A stretch of 64,000 bases of DNA from Eledone cirrhosa (taxonomy: Eukaryota). The stretch covers positions 69,812,001 to 69,876,000 of the forward strand of contig OZ024741.1 of the NCBI GenBank assembly GCA_964016885.1, written 5' to 3'. The notes beneath the pieces were generated by a model. That model was given only the letters and a program-made list of their open reading frames with translations, did not search any database and was not told the origin of the DNA. The position numbers and the translations under genes are program-made. This document shows positions 27,085-38,781 of this stretch, piece by piece; the first letter of the stretch is position 1; each line of letters starts with the position of its first letter.

Positions 27085-27610
27085 TAACGCCGACGACTAC
27101 GAAGACGCGTGTGAAAGAAAAGAAAGGGAGAAGTAAGGTAGAGAAGACCAAGTTACAATGAAAGTTACAAATATAGAAAGGCAGAAGAGAGAAAAGAAAG
27201 AAGGAAACAAATAAAGAAATACAGCGATATTGGCGGTGATGGCGGCGGTGGGGGGTGGCGACTGTAATGACAGTGATGATAGCAATAGTAACTAAATGAT
27301 GGTGATGACAGGGTGGGAGATAGGGTGGAGTGGTGGTGGCGTCGGTGGAAGTAATTATTACCAATGTTGCTGCTGTTGTTGTTGTTGTTGTTATTGCGGC
27401 TGATGATGTTGTTGTTATTGTTATTGTTGCTGTTGTTATTGTTATTGTTATTGTTGCTGTTGTTGTTGTTATTGTTATTGTTGCTGTTGTTACTGTTGTT
27501 ATTATTATCGTTGTTGTTGTTGTTGTTGTTGTGTTGCTGTTGCTGTTGCTGCTGTTGTTGTTGTTGTTGTTATTGTTGCTGTTGTTGCCGTTATTGTTGT
27601 TGTTGTTGTA
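26527..27610. repeat. (GAT/GAC)n and (GTT)n trinucleotide tracts
   Basis: 26527-27100 and 27360-27610. Confidence 0.95.
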
Positions 27611-27950
27611 GCAAGCATGTGGTAGGTTATTCTGGGAGTAACATAACAGAATAACAAAAAAAAAGTGGAAGTCCTTGGAAAAGGGTTAAACTTTTGTTGT
27701 ATGTTACAATAGACAGATGTTATTAGTGATTATATGGGTTTTATTAGGGCAAAACATTTTCGAAAAGGGAACCCTATTTTCTGTAGTGGAAAAAATGACA
27801 ACTGTGTGTATGTGTATGTGTTTGTATATGTATGTGTATGTGTGTGTATGTATATGTATGTGTGTATGTGTTTGTGTGTGTGTGAGTGTTTTGTTTTTGT
27901 TTTATTTTTCATTGTTCAACCTCCACACACACACATACACACATACACAC

Positions 27951-28021
<71 letters not shown>

Positions 28022-28196
28022 AATGACTGTAGCTCGAGTGGAATCTTCGATGGAACCTTATGCGCTGATAACCAACTAAAAAGCTACAGTTCTCACTACC
28101 TAATCTCGTTGGAATGGTCACTTCAGGACTGTATTGCGTTCTAACAACGTTATTGGCTCCACCATAAACAGGTGGATACCAGTATATATATATATA

Positions 28197-28575
28197 TCGT
28201 TGCTGTAGTGGAGTCTGTGCTGCTGTACGGGTCTGAGACTTGGACACTGACCAAGAAACTCACTCAGATGGTGGGTGGGTGCTACACGAGAATGCTGAGG
28301 ATGGCTCTGAACATTAATCAGTATACACTGAGGGTGAAGAACTCAGAGCTGTACGGGAGCCTCCCAAAAGTCAGCTCGAAAGTGACACAGAGGAGACAGT
28401 GTTCCTGTGGGAGCCCCTGCACGGACACACTGGAAGAGGAAGACCGAGGTTAACATATGTTGATGCCCTAAGGATAGCCACTGGTCTCTTGGAGACGCAG
28501 GACATGGCAGCGATAATGAGGGACAGAGACCGCAGAATACAACTCGTCCATGGATCTCTGGAATTTTACCAACCC

Positions 28576-28577
<2 letters not shown>
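28197..28577 (+). mobile_element. 3' fragment of the same RTE family, with an internal deletion
   Basis: Near-identical to 41677-42104 (AVVESVLLYGSETWTLTKKL...); TA tracts on both sides. Confidence 0.9.
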
Positions 28578-28638
<61 letters not shown>

Positions 28639-29550
28639 CGGCGACGAATAAGTTTTGCGAGGTTTTTGATATGAAATCGTGTCGAAATGGTAACATTGAG
28701 GACCGAATAAATTAAATTAACCGATATAAAAGATACAGAAGCGATTACCAACCAAACAGTGAGTGTGTACTGTTATTAATTCTGGCAATATTATTACACA
28801 AATGGTGGATTGGCAGTATCGGTAGAGAGTCGGACGCCATGCTTTCCAGCATAGTTACGTCCCTTTACGATCTGAGTTCAAATCCCGCCGAGGTTGATTT
28901 TTGCCTTTCATCCTTACGGGGTCGATAAAATAACGTACCAGTAATGCACTGGATAATTGCTGGCCTTGTGCCTAAAGTAGAAACAATTATTACACAAATA
29001 TGACCCTCCCCAAGTATACAATATATAAATATATATATATATATATATAGATTATTTATTTATGTTCAAAAGCACTCCCTAAGGTTTCAAGGACCGATAT
29101 TGACCATATCTCCAGAATGTAAGAGGGATCAAAATTGTGAGTGTATAAGATACCATTAAAAGTAATGCTTGCTAAAAACGCTAGTTTACGAAAAACGTAT
29201 TATGTCAAAGGGAAATAACAACAGGATATAAATTTAAAAAGCGCGATCGTACACGTCTTAATGTTCATATGCTACAGCAGAAGTATTGTATTATGTGGTG
29301 GAATGTAATATAGAGATGGTGATATGTATGGAGTGGAGTAGTATTGAAAGTGTATTGTATTATGTAAGTGTGGAAAGTCGTGTGCACATTTAACAAAGTT
29401 CTCAGGGAGACTCAGTGAGTCAGTGTTTGTGACAATACTGCTGGCCCTTTGAAATACAGATACAAGTAATTTTTTTATAGTTGTGTGGCTTAGAGGTGGC
29501 GAAATAAAGTGTCTTGCTCGAGGACACAATACCACTAAGCCACCAGTCTT

Positions 29551-29601
<51 letters not shown>

Positions 29602-30092
29602 TATAACCGTGAAGTTATTTGAGTAACTTAAAGGCTTAGTGTGAACTTGTCAAATCTATCAGTGGTTCTCAAACTTTTCTCTCCCTTGGGACCCTTTCGC
29701 TTACATAACTTTTCTCACGGACACCACCCAACCTGCTACAATACCCCCCCCCTCCCATAGTATTATACAGTGATTATAACAACCAAAAGAGAGGAATATT
29801 TCGATGTTTATACTTAGAGAATAATTTTTTCTACTTTTGGCACAAGGCCAGCAACTATCCCAGTGCATTACTGGTACTTTATTTTATCGACCCTGTAAGG
29901 ATGAAAGGCAAGCTTAACGTCGGCGGGATTGGAATTCAGAACGTACGAGGCCGCATGGTGTCCGATACTTCCAATCCAGCTTGAATTCATAAGGAAACAT
30001 GTTCGGGGTAAAAGCTAAGAAAGAATTAAATATACCAATATAAACAAAAATATGTTTAAAAAGAATAAGATACACGTACACACACACACACA

Positions 30093-30167
<75 letters not shown>

Positions 30168-30177
30168 ACACACACAT

Positions 30178-30208
<31 letters not shown>

Positions 30209-30616
30209 ATTGTTTCCACTTTTGGCACAAGGCCAGCAATTACCCAATGCATTACTGGTACTTTATTTTATCGTCCCCGTAAGGGCATGAAAGGCAAAGT
30301 TAACCTCGGCGGGCGGGATTTGAACTCAGATCATAAAGGGTGAGTACCCAATAGTATATATATATGTTATGTTTATAACAAAGTAGATCAGCATTTAAAC
30401 TTATCAGACAGAGCCCCAGTATTACATTTGCTGACAACCATGTTATAGAAAGACATACTTTGTCATATGTCTCCCTATTTTATTTGGTTACTGTCCCGTC
30501 TGCACAGGAAGGCATACTATCGACTTTAATGCCCTGAAACTATAAGGATTTCCAAAAGTTGACTGAAATAAGGGACTGTGTTTTTCCGTTCCATTGTCGT
30601 GGTCTTGTGCGCTCCC

Positions 30617-30905
<289 letters not shown>

Positions 30906-31053
30906 GTGTATATATACGTACATGTAAGTGTGTGTGTGTTTGTGTGCGTGTATGTGTATGCATGAGGTAAACGGAAACAACCAAGTAAACAACCAATGAA
31001 GAAATGTATTAGTTTAACGTTTGATATAGTAGAATAGTAGGCAACGAGTCTCT

Positions 31054-31117
<64 letters not shown>

Positions 31118-31121
31118 TATA

Positions 31122-31798
31122 TGAGTGCTTAGCTGCACATTCCGATTGCATTCGTTAGCTTAGCAGGAGCCAGAGCTTCGATTATGCTGTACTTCCATTT
31201 GTATTATTATCTCCTAGACTTAAAAATTAATTGATTAATTTAATTAGACAATTCTATTGATTCGTTAATTATTTATATTTGTTTAATAACGTCTGGTCGA
31301 GAGCTTTATTCGGTTTGTGGAAAGGAATTTATTCCTTTGTTCAAATTTGAATTGTGACCACCCAAAACCGGGGGTTACCTCCCTTCGGGAAAACCATGTG
31401 ACCACCAGCAGTATTTACTGCTAAAACTCACAACCGGCGCGGCTGAGAACGGAAACCTGTTGAGAAAGTGAATCCTCTGTTCGATCTTATAAAACCAATA
31501 ACTTGCATGACCCGCAAGTGGATTTTGTTGATTTCGGATTCACAGAAACCTAGCGGAGATATTGTATAATATCGACGCGATGGTCCAGGTTTGTCAAATT
31601 ATCCTGAGTCAGTTGTTTCGTTGCTTGGTCCCTGCAGCTGGCTTACTGGTCGCAATCTTCAAATTTGCAAAGCTGTCTAAACGTAATGTTATTACTCTAA
31701 GGTAAAATACCTTATTGAGTGCTTAGCTGCACATTCCGATTGCATTCGTTAGCTTAGCTGCAGCCAGAGCTTCGATTATGCTGTACTCCCAGTTGTAT
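31122..31798. mobile_element. Non-coding element with ~83-bp terminal direct repeats (period 594 bp) in (TA)n
   Basis: TGAGTGCTTAGCTGCACATTCCG... at 31122 and 31716; degenerate hammerhead-like motif on minus at 31595-31667. Confidence 0.75.
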
Positions 31799-31801
31799 AT
31801 A

Positions 31802-31875
<74 letters not shown>

Positions 31876-32062
31876 TATATATATATATACACATACAAAA
31901 CGATAACTGTTAACACACACACATGTATGTATGTATGTATTTGATAATTTTCATGTGTTATTTGGGTTTGGACACCATAGCCCACTCGTGTAAGGAGGTG
32001 TTGTTGTCCGAAGCATATATGGGCGTAGATGGTTTATCTGGATATCTACCTAACTATCTCCT

Positions 32063-32122
<60 letters not shown>

Positions 32123-33285
32123 GATAAATCTACCAAGAGTTTACGGTAGTGTCCAATCCGTATGAAGAACTCAATGTAATCCGGATATCATGGAAAGAAG
32201 AGATGCATTCAAAAATCACTTTCGGTGAAAGATAAACGGAATACAGAGTCAAGATAAAATATTTAAAAAATAATGAATAAAACAATGAAACAGTTCCTTA
32301 TATTAAACAAAAAAAGTTCATTATTTAACGATCGTTTCTAGGACATATATGTGTTAGAATTGGCATGCATATTCAACAGATCTATGTACAAAATTATACA
32401 AAATTATACAAACTATCAAATTTAATATACATACCAACACATACATATGCCGTCTTCAGAAATAATGTATATATATATATAATAATGTATATATATATAT
32501 ATATAGGAAAAAGTATGACCCCGACGGCAGAGCTCAAGCCGTTTCGACGGCTATTTCTGGACCAGAAATAACCGTCGAAACGGGGTCATACTTTTTCCTA
32601 TTTCCCACTCTACTACCCTAAGTATTGAGTACTCTGGTGCGTTATGGTCCATCTGGTTCCTTACCACAATTCCTTTGTTATATACATATATATATATATA
32701 TGGGAGGAGGAGGTTATAGTTCACTTGAAGCATTGTGTAATGAGGTATAAACGTTAGAATATGTGTAATAAGGCCAAGACAATGCAGATATGGACATAGA
32801 AAAAAGAATGCAATAGTGAAAGATATTGATGAGAATTCGTCTTTCACCTTGAATTTATTTAAATGTCCTTAATTTTCGAGATAATATCTCTTCTTCGGAG
32901 GGAAGTAAAAGTCTCAGACCAGCGTCTAAATTTCCAATGAAGCCATGCTGACCGGAAATAGTATAGAGTTCTAACTTTAATATCAAAGAATTAAAATTAG
33001 GTGGGTAAAGAGTAGTCTCCCTTTAAGAGGGGTTTGTTTATGTTTTTGTTGTGTTTTTTTAAATTTTATATGCGTGCCTGTATATGTGTGTGGGAGAAAG
33101 CATGAAGGTGTAGGTATGTGGGTGTGTGTGTGTGTGAGTGTGGGAAGATAGGTCTAATCGTAAAAGTGGGGGGTAGGTGTTATCTGGTGTTAGAACTGGT
33201 TTTGTGTGTGTATGTGTGAGGGAGAATAAGTGGAGATGTGCGCGTGCGTGTGTGTGGGGTGTGTAAAGTGGGGCTAGAGGCCCTA

Positions 33286-35417
33286 TCAGGTTATAAATTG
33301 GGTGTTGAGCTCTAGTCTATTATTGATTGGTGGATGTGTTCTATCTATAATGAGTGCTTCCTTGATTCTAAGATTGCCGAGGTTTCTTTCCTTAGTTTCT
33401 ATCCTAACTGTTATGTTTTTATCAGTGTTTTTGCATTTAACTGGGTGTTTCTTAAATGAGGAAGCGTTAGTATTGAGGTGTTCTTTTATTCTTATGTGGA
33501 GTGGTCTGGTGGTGCTACCTACGTAGAAGTTGTTGCATTTGTCACACTCTAGTCTGTAAACTACGTAAGCCTGGTGGCATAGGTCTGTGTCGTTGATGGG
33601 GCAGTTGGCTAGTCTGCAGCAGTTGTCATGTCTGGTGGAGTGTCTCTTAGCTAGCCGTCCACGCAAAGAAGGACCCGAATGGGCCAGTTGAATATCCAGA
33701 CCTTCTCGTCTGATGGCTCTGCGGATGGCTGTTGTTGTTTCTTCACTGAAGTGTGGGAGCTTCAGGAAGCAAGTGTTAGTGCCTCGGGTGTGGTGTCCTC
33801 TGTTCTTTCTGGCACGGTTTGTGGTGGATGTCGTGTATCCGTTCAGTTTGAGTACTTCCAGGAAATGTGTGGTGTGTGTGTCTCGGTCTCTGGCGTCGGT
33901 GCATTTGTTCTTGATACGTGCCAGTTCGTTCTTTATGTATCCGAACTTGGCACCGAGTGGGAGGGCCGATCTGAAATGTACGAACAGGTCCCTGCTGGCG
34001 GCTTTTTTATAGAAGCAGGTGTGGATGTTGCCTTCCTCTGTTACCCTGAGTTGGAAGTCCAGCAGGGATAGGGATCCGCGGTCATCGGGGTGTTCTATGC
34101 TGAACTTTATACTGGCGTCCATGCTGGAGAATGTTGTGTATATTTTCTCTGCCTCCTCACGGGATGATGTAAGGATGAGTATGTCATCTACATATCGGGT
34201 GAAGAAGGCATGGGAATGGCAGGTGTTGAGGGCTCGGCATTCTAGTTGGTTCATGTAAGTGATGGCCAGCAGGCCAGAGAGGCTGGATCCCATGGGTAAT
34301 CCTGTTGTCTGTCTGTATGTGTGGTGGTGGAAGGTGAAGTACGTGTTGTCGACTGTGAAGGACAAAAGTTGGTGTATGTCCGTCGGGTGGAGGCCGTAGC
34401 AGTGGATGTTCTCTGCGACCACGCAGTCCGTCAATAAATCGACAGCTGGGTGAGCGGGGACTGTAGTGTAGAGGGAGACAACGTCGAGGCTAAAAGCGTA
34501 TTTATTAAGTTTAAGTTGTTCTGGCTGGAGTTGGTGTAATCTACGTATAACTTCGTCGGAGCTACTGACATGTCCGGGGAAGGTGGAGAGTAGAGGCTTG
34601 AGGACCTGGGAGAGAAGCCAGGAAATTTTGTATAGGGGTCCTTCTATGCTAGAGACGATGGGTCTTATATGCGTCTTAGTGCTATTCTTGTGGGTCTTGA
34701 TGAGGTGGTAGAAAGTGGGCAGTCTGCTATTTCTAGTGGTGTAGTTGAGTTTAATTTTATTCGGGAGTTGTCTTCTCCTACAGATATCGAACCAAATGGA
34801 GTTGGTCTGTTTTTCGATTTGGGCTGCGGTCATGTCCGGGATCACTGTGTACAGTTCACTGTCGCTTAGGTGTTCGAAGGCTAAGTTATTGTATGTGGCT
34901 TGAGAGATGACGCAGAACTCTTTACCTTTGTCGGATGGTAAGTAAATAAGTTCTTTATTCCGTAGGTTCTTCAGGGCGAGTTGTTGTGTCCTGGAGAGGT
35001 TAGGGGCCATCTTCTTCTGTTTCCGTAAGATGTTAAATACGGAATGTTTTAGCCTCGAGAGTTTTTCTTCCAGCTCGCGGTTGGCGGGCGGTGGATAGAG
35101 TGGGCGATCTAGTTGGTATATCGGGAATCTGGGTGTGGTGGATTCCGTGGTGTTGTTGTCGAGAGTCGATATCCATTTCAGTTGGTAGGCAGTCCGACAG
35201 AAATTCGTTTCTATGTCGAGCCATAGTCTGTCGTCCAGTCTCTGTTTCAATATGAACTTGGGACCCAGGCTGAGGAGGTCTAATTCCTCTCGGGAGAGGG
35301 ATCCTGTCAAGTCTGTGACGAGGTGTTTTGCGTCAGGTGTGTTGTTGGTCGGGGTGCCGCTAGGTTCGGTGTTGGTAACGTATTGTTCGCCTCTGTTGGT
35401 GTTTAGCGTTGGGATGT
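33286..35417 (-). CDS. 5'-truncated second copy of the PLE RT/GIY-YIG ORF
   Basis: ORF 33286..35310 matches the C-terminal ~674 aa of the plus ORF; the N-terminal ~150 aa are missing. Confidence 0.9.
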
Positions 35418-35479
35418 GTCCATATCTGCATTGTCTTGGCCTTATTACACATATTCTAACGTTTATACCTCATTACACA

Positions 35480-38062
35480 ATGCTTCAAGTGAACTATAAC
35501 CTCCTCCTTTCATTACGCCTGAGCCAGGCCCAGTTCACAACTGTAAAGAAACTCTTCCAGCTATCTGAAAAGCGCGCCAAAGCCGGCTGCCAAATAAATT
35601 TCCTAAAACGATGCCTGAATAACAACATCATTCCCAAAACCATCAAAAATTTACACCTACCAACATGCTTCAAATCACCAGGCCTCAAACGATCACTCAG
35701 TTACATACAAAAATTCTGCCTAAGAAAACTCATACAACACCTACACCGCACGCTACAACATCACATACGGACTATCTCCAGCCTTGTACCACAACTCGCT
35801 GAAACCCCAGAACCTCTGTCCAAGGTCATCTCCGCCACTATAGACAGGTCATACCACCACCGCCGAGACTACGAGAAAATACGCCTAAAACAAAAATTTC
35901 TCAAACTCAGGACGGCCAACTGTCTTAACAACATCCCAACGCTAAACACCAACAGAGGCGAACAATACGTTACCAACACCGAACCTAGCGGCACCCCGAC
36001 CAACAACACACCTGACGCAAAACACCTCGTCACAGACTTGACAGGATCCCTCTCCCGAGAGGAATTAGACCTCCTCAGCCTGGGTCCCAAGTTCATATTG
36101 AAACAGAGACTGGACGACAGACTATGGCTCGACATAGAAACGAATTTCTGTCGGACTGCCTACCAACTGAAATGGATATCGACTCTCGACAACAACACCA
36201 CGGAATCCACCACACCCAGATTCCCGATATACCAACTAGATCGCCCACTCTATCCACCGCCCGCCAACCGCGAGCTGGAAGAAAAACTCTCGAGGCTAAA
36301 ACATTCCGTATTTAACATCTTACGGAAACAGAAGAAGATGGCCCCTAACCTCTCCAGGACACAACAACTCGCCCTGAAGAACCTACGGAATAAAGAACTT
36401 ATTTACTTACCATCCGACAAAGGTAAAGAGTTCTGCGTCATCTCTCAAGCCACATACAATAACCTAGCCTTCGAACACCTAAGCGACAGTGAACTGTACA
36501 CAGTGATCCCGGACATGACCGCAGCCCAAATCGAAAAACAGACCAACTCCATTTGGTTCGATATCTGTAGGAGAAGACAACTCCCGAATAAAATTAAACT
36601 CAACTACACCACTAGAAATAGCAGACTGCCCACTTTCTACCACCTCATCAAGACCCACAAGAATAGCACTAAGACGCATATAAGACCCATCGTCTCTAGC
36701 ATAGAAGGACCCCTATACAAAATTTCCTGGCTTCTCTCCCAGGTCCTCAAGCCTCTACTCTCCACCTTCCCCGGACATGTCAGTAGCTCCGACGAAGTTA
36801 TACGTAGATTACACCAACTCCAGCCAGAACAACTTAAACTTAATAAATACGCTTTTAGCCTCGACGTTGTCTCCCTCTACACTACAGTCCCCGCTCACCC
36901 AGCTGTCGATTTATTGACGGACTGCGTGGTCGCAGAGAACATCCACTGCTACGGCCTCCACCCGACGGACATACACCAACTTTTGTCCTTCACAGTCGAC
37001 AACACGTACTTCACCTTCCACCACCACACATACAGACAGACAACAGGATTACCCATGGGATCCAGCCTCTCTGGCCTGCTGGCCATCACTTACATGAACC
37101 AACTAGAATGCCGAGCCCTCAACACCTGCCATTCCCATGCCTTCTTCACCCGATATGTAGATGACATACTCATCCTTACATCATCCCGTGAGGAGGCAGA
37201 GAAAATATACACAACATTCTCCAGCATGGACGCCAGTATAAAGTTCAGCATAGAACACCCCGATGACCGCGGATCCCTATCCCTGCTGGACTTCCAACTC
37301 AGGGTAACAGAGGAAGGCAACATCCACACCTGCTTCTATAAAAAAGCCGCCAGCAGGGACCTGTTCGTACATTTCAGATCGGCCCTCCCACTCGGTGCCA
37401 AGTTCGGATACATAAAGAACGAACTGGCACGTATCAAGAACAAATGCACCGACGCCAGAGACCGAGACACACACACCACACATTTCCTGGAAGTACTCAA
37501 ACTGAACGGATACACGACATCCACCACAAACCGTGCCAGAAAGAACAGAGGACACCACACCCGAGGCACTAACACTTGCTTCCTGAAGCTCCCACACTTC
37601 AGTGAAGAAACAACAACAGCCATCCGCAGAGCCATCAGACGAGAAGGTCTGGATATTCAACTGGCCCATTCGGGTCCTTCTTTGCGTGGACGGCTAGCTA
37701 AGAGACACTCCACCAGACATGACAACTGCTGCAGACTAGCCAACTGCCCCATCAACGACACAGACCTATGCCACCAGGCTTACGTAGTTTACAGACTAGA
37801 GTGTGACAAATGCAACAACTTCTACGTAGGTAGCACCACCAGACCACTCCACATAAGAATAAAAGAACACCTCAATACTAACGCTTCCTCATTTAAGAAA
37901 CACCCAGTTAAATGCAAAAACACTGATAAAAACATAACAGTTAGGATAGAAACTAAGGAAAGAAACCTCGGCAATCTTAGAATCAAGGAAGCACTCATTA
38001 TAGATAGAACACATCCACCAATCAATAATAGACTAGAGCTCAACACCCAATTTATAACCTGA
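35480..38062 (+). CDS. PLE polyprotein: reverse transcriptase + Cys linker + GIY-YIG endonuclease (~860 aa)
   Basis: PSDKG, FYHLIKTHK..RPIVS, SLDVVSLYT, QTTGLPMGSSLS, RYVDD, LSLLDF; endonuclease VVYRLECDKC..YVGSTTRPLHIRIKEH..KEALII..IN. Residues before 35417 in the ORF track are read-through of the inverted arm; ATG 35480 is the first Met inside the element. Confidence 0.93.
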   Translation: MLQVNYNLLLSLRLSQAQFTTVKKLFQLSEKRAKAGCQINFLKRCLNNNIIPKTIKNLHLPTCFKSPGLKRSLSYIQKFCLRKLIQHLHRTLQHHIRTISSLVPQLAETPEPLSKVISATIDRSYHHRRDYEKIRLKQKFLKLRTANCLNNIPTLNTNRGEQYVTNTEPSGTPTNNTPDAKHLVTDLTGSLSREELDLLSLGPKFILKQRLDDRLWLDIETNFCRTAYQLKWISTLDNNTTESTTPRFPIYQLDRPLYPPPANRELEEKLSRLKHSVFNILRKQKKMAPNLSRTQQLALKNLRNKELIYLPSDKGKEFCVISQATYNNLAFEHLSDSELYTVIPDMTAAQIEKQTNSIWFDICRRRQLPNKIKLNYTTRNSRLPTFYHLIKTHKNSTKTHIRPIVSSIEGPLYKISWLLSQVLKPLLSTFPGHVSSSDEVIRRLHQLQPEQLKLNKYAFSLDVVSLYTTVPAHPAVDLLTDCVVAENIHCYGLHPTDIHQLLSFTVDNTYFTFHHHTYRQTTGLPMGSSLSGLLAITYMNQLECRALNTCHSHAFFTRYVDDILILTSSREEAEKIYTTFSSMDASIKFSIEHPDDRGSLSLLDFQLRVTEEGNIHTCFYKKAASRDLFVHFRSALPLGAKFGYIKNELARIKNKCTDARDRDTHTTHFLEVLKLNGYTTSTTNRARKNRGHHTRGTNTCFLKLPHFSEETTTAIRRAIRREGLDIQLAHSGPSLRGRLAKRHSTRHDNCCRLANCPINDTDLCHQAYVVYRLECDKCNNFYVGSTTRPLHIRIKEHLNTNASSFKKHPVKCKNTDKNITVRIETKERNLGNLRIKEALIIDRTHPPINNRLELNTQFIT

Positions 38063-38446
38063 TAGGGCCTCTAGCCCCACTTTACACACCCCACACACAC
38101 GCACGCGCACATCTCCACTTATTCTCCCTCACACATACACACACAAAACCAGTTCTAACACCAGATAACACCTACCCCCCACTTTTACGATTAGACCTAT
38201 CTTCCCACACTCACACACACACACACCCACATACCTACACCTTCATGCTTTCTCCCACACACATATACAGGCACGCATATAAAATTTAAAAAAACACAAC
38301 AAAAACATAAACAAACCCCTCTTAAAGGGAGACTACTCTTTACCCACCTAATTTTAATTCTTTGATATTAAAGTTAGAACTCTATACTATTTCCGGTCAG
38401 CATGGCTTCATTGGAAATTTAGACGCTGGTCTGAGACTTTTACTTC

Positions 38447-38481
38447 CCTCCGAAGAAGAGATATTATCTCGAAAATTAAGG
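38447..38481 (+). ncRNA. Minimal type I hammerhead ribozyme in the PLE 3' region (mirror copy 32867-32901, minus)
   Basis: cct-CCGAAGA-a-gagat[att]atctc-GAAA-at-TA-agg: stem I cct/agg, hairpin stem II, palindromic AATT in place of stem III; predicted cut after 38478. Core has the U4C variant. Confidence 0.75.
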
Positions 38482-38595
38482 ACATTTAAATAAATTCAAG
38501 GTGAAAGACGAATTCTCATCAATATCTTTCACTATTGCATTCTTTTTTCTATGTCCATATCTGCATTGTCTTGGCCTTATTACACATATTCTAAC

Positions 38596-38633
<38 letters not shown>

Positions 38634-38730
38634 CGATGAAATACCAATGAAGGTTGGAAGATCACTGATGAAGGACTAACTTTATTCATATGTAACCCAT
38701 TTGCAACCACGCACCACGTTTATTTTCATA

Positions 38731-38780
<50 letters not shown>

Positions 38781-38781
<1 letters not shown>

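Larger units (their letters stand above)
32702..38602. mobile_element. Penelope-like retroelement (PLE) inserted as a fold-back: 5'-truncated minus copy (32702-35417) joined head-to-head to a complete plus copy (35417-38602), inside a (TA)n tract
   Basis: Arms 32746-35417 and 35931-38602 are reverse complements, and their ORF translations are identical. Pseudo-LTR-type direct repeat TGTCCATATCTGCATTG... at 35417 and 38552 (period 3135 bp). (TA)n flanks both ends. Confidence 0.95.

Noticed and set aside
26465-27136. Asp-rich ORF resembling a biomineralisation protein
   Set aside because: GAT/GAC repeat open in several frames on both strands; no signal peptide.
35213-35416. N-terminal 68 aa of the 949-aa ORF
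   Set aside because: Antisense read-through of the inverted arm, not part of the element's protein.
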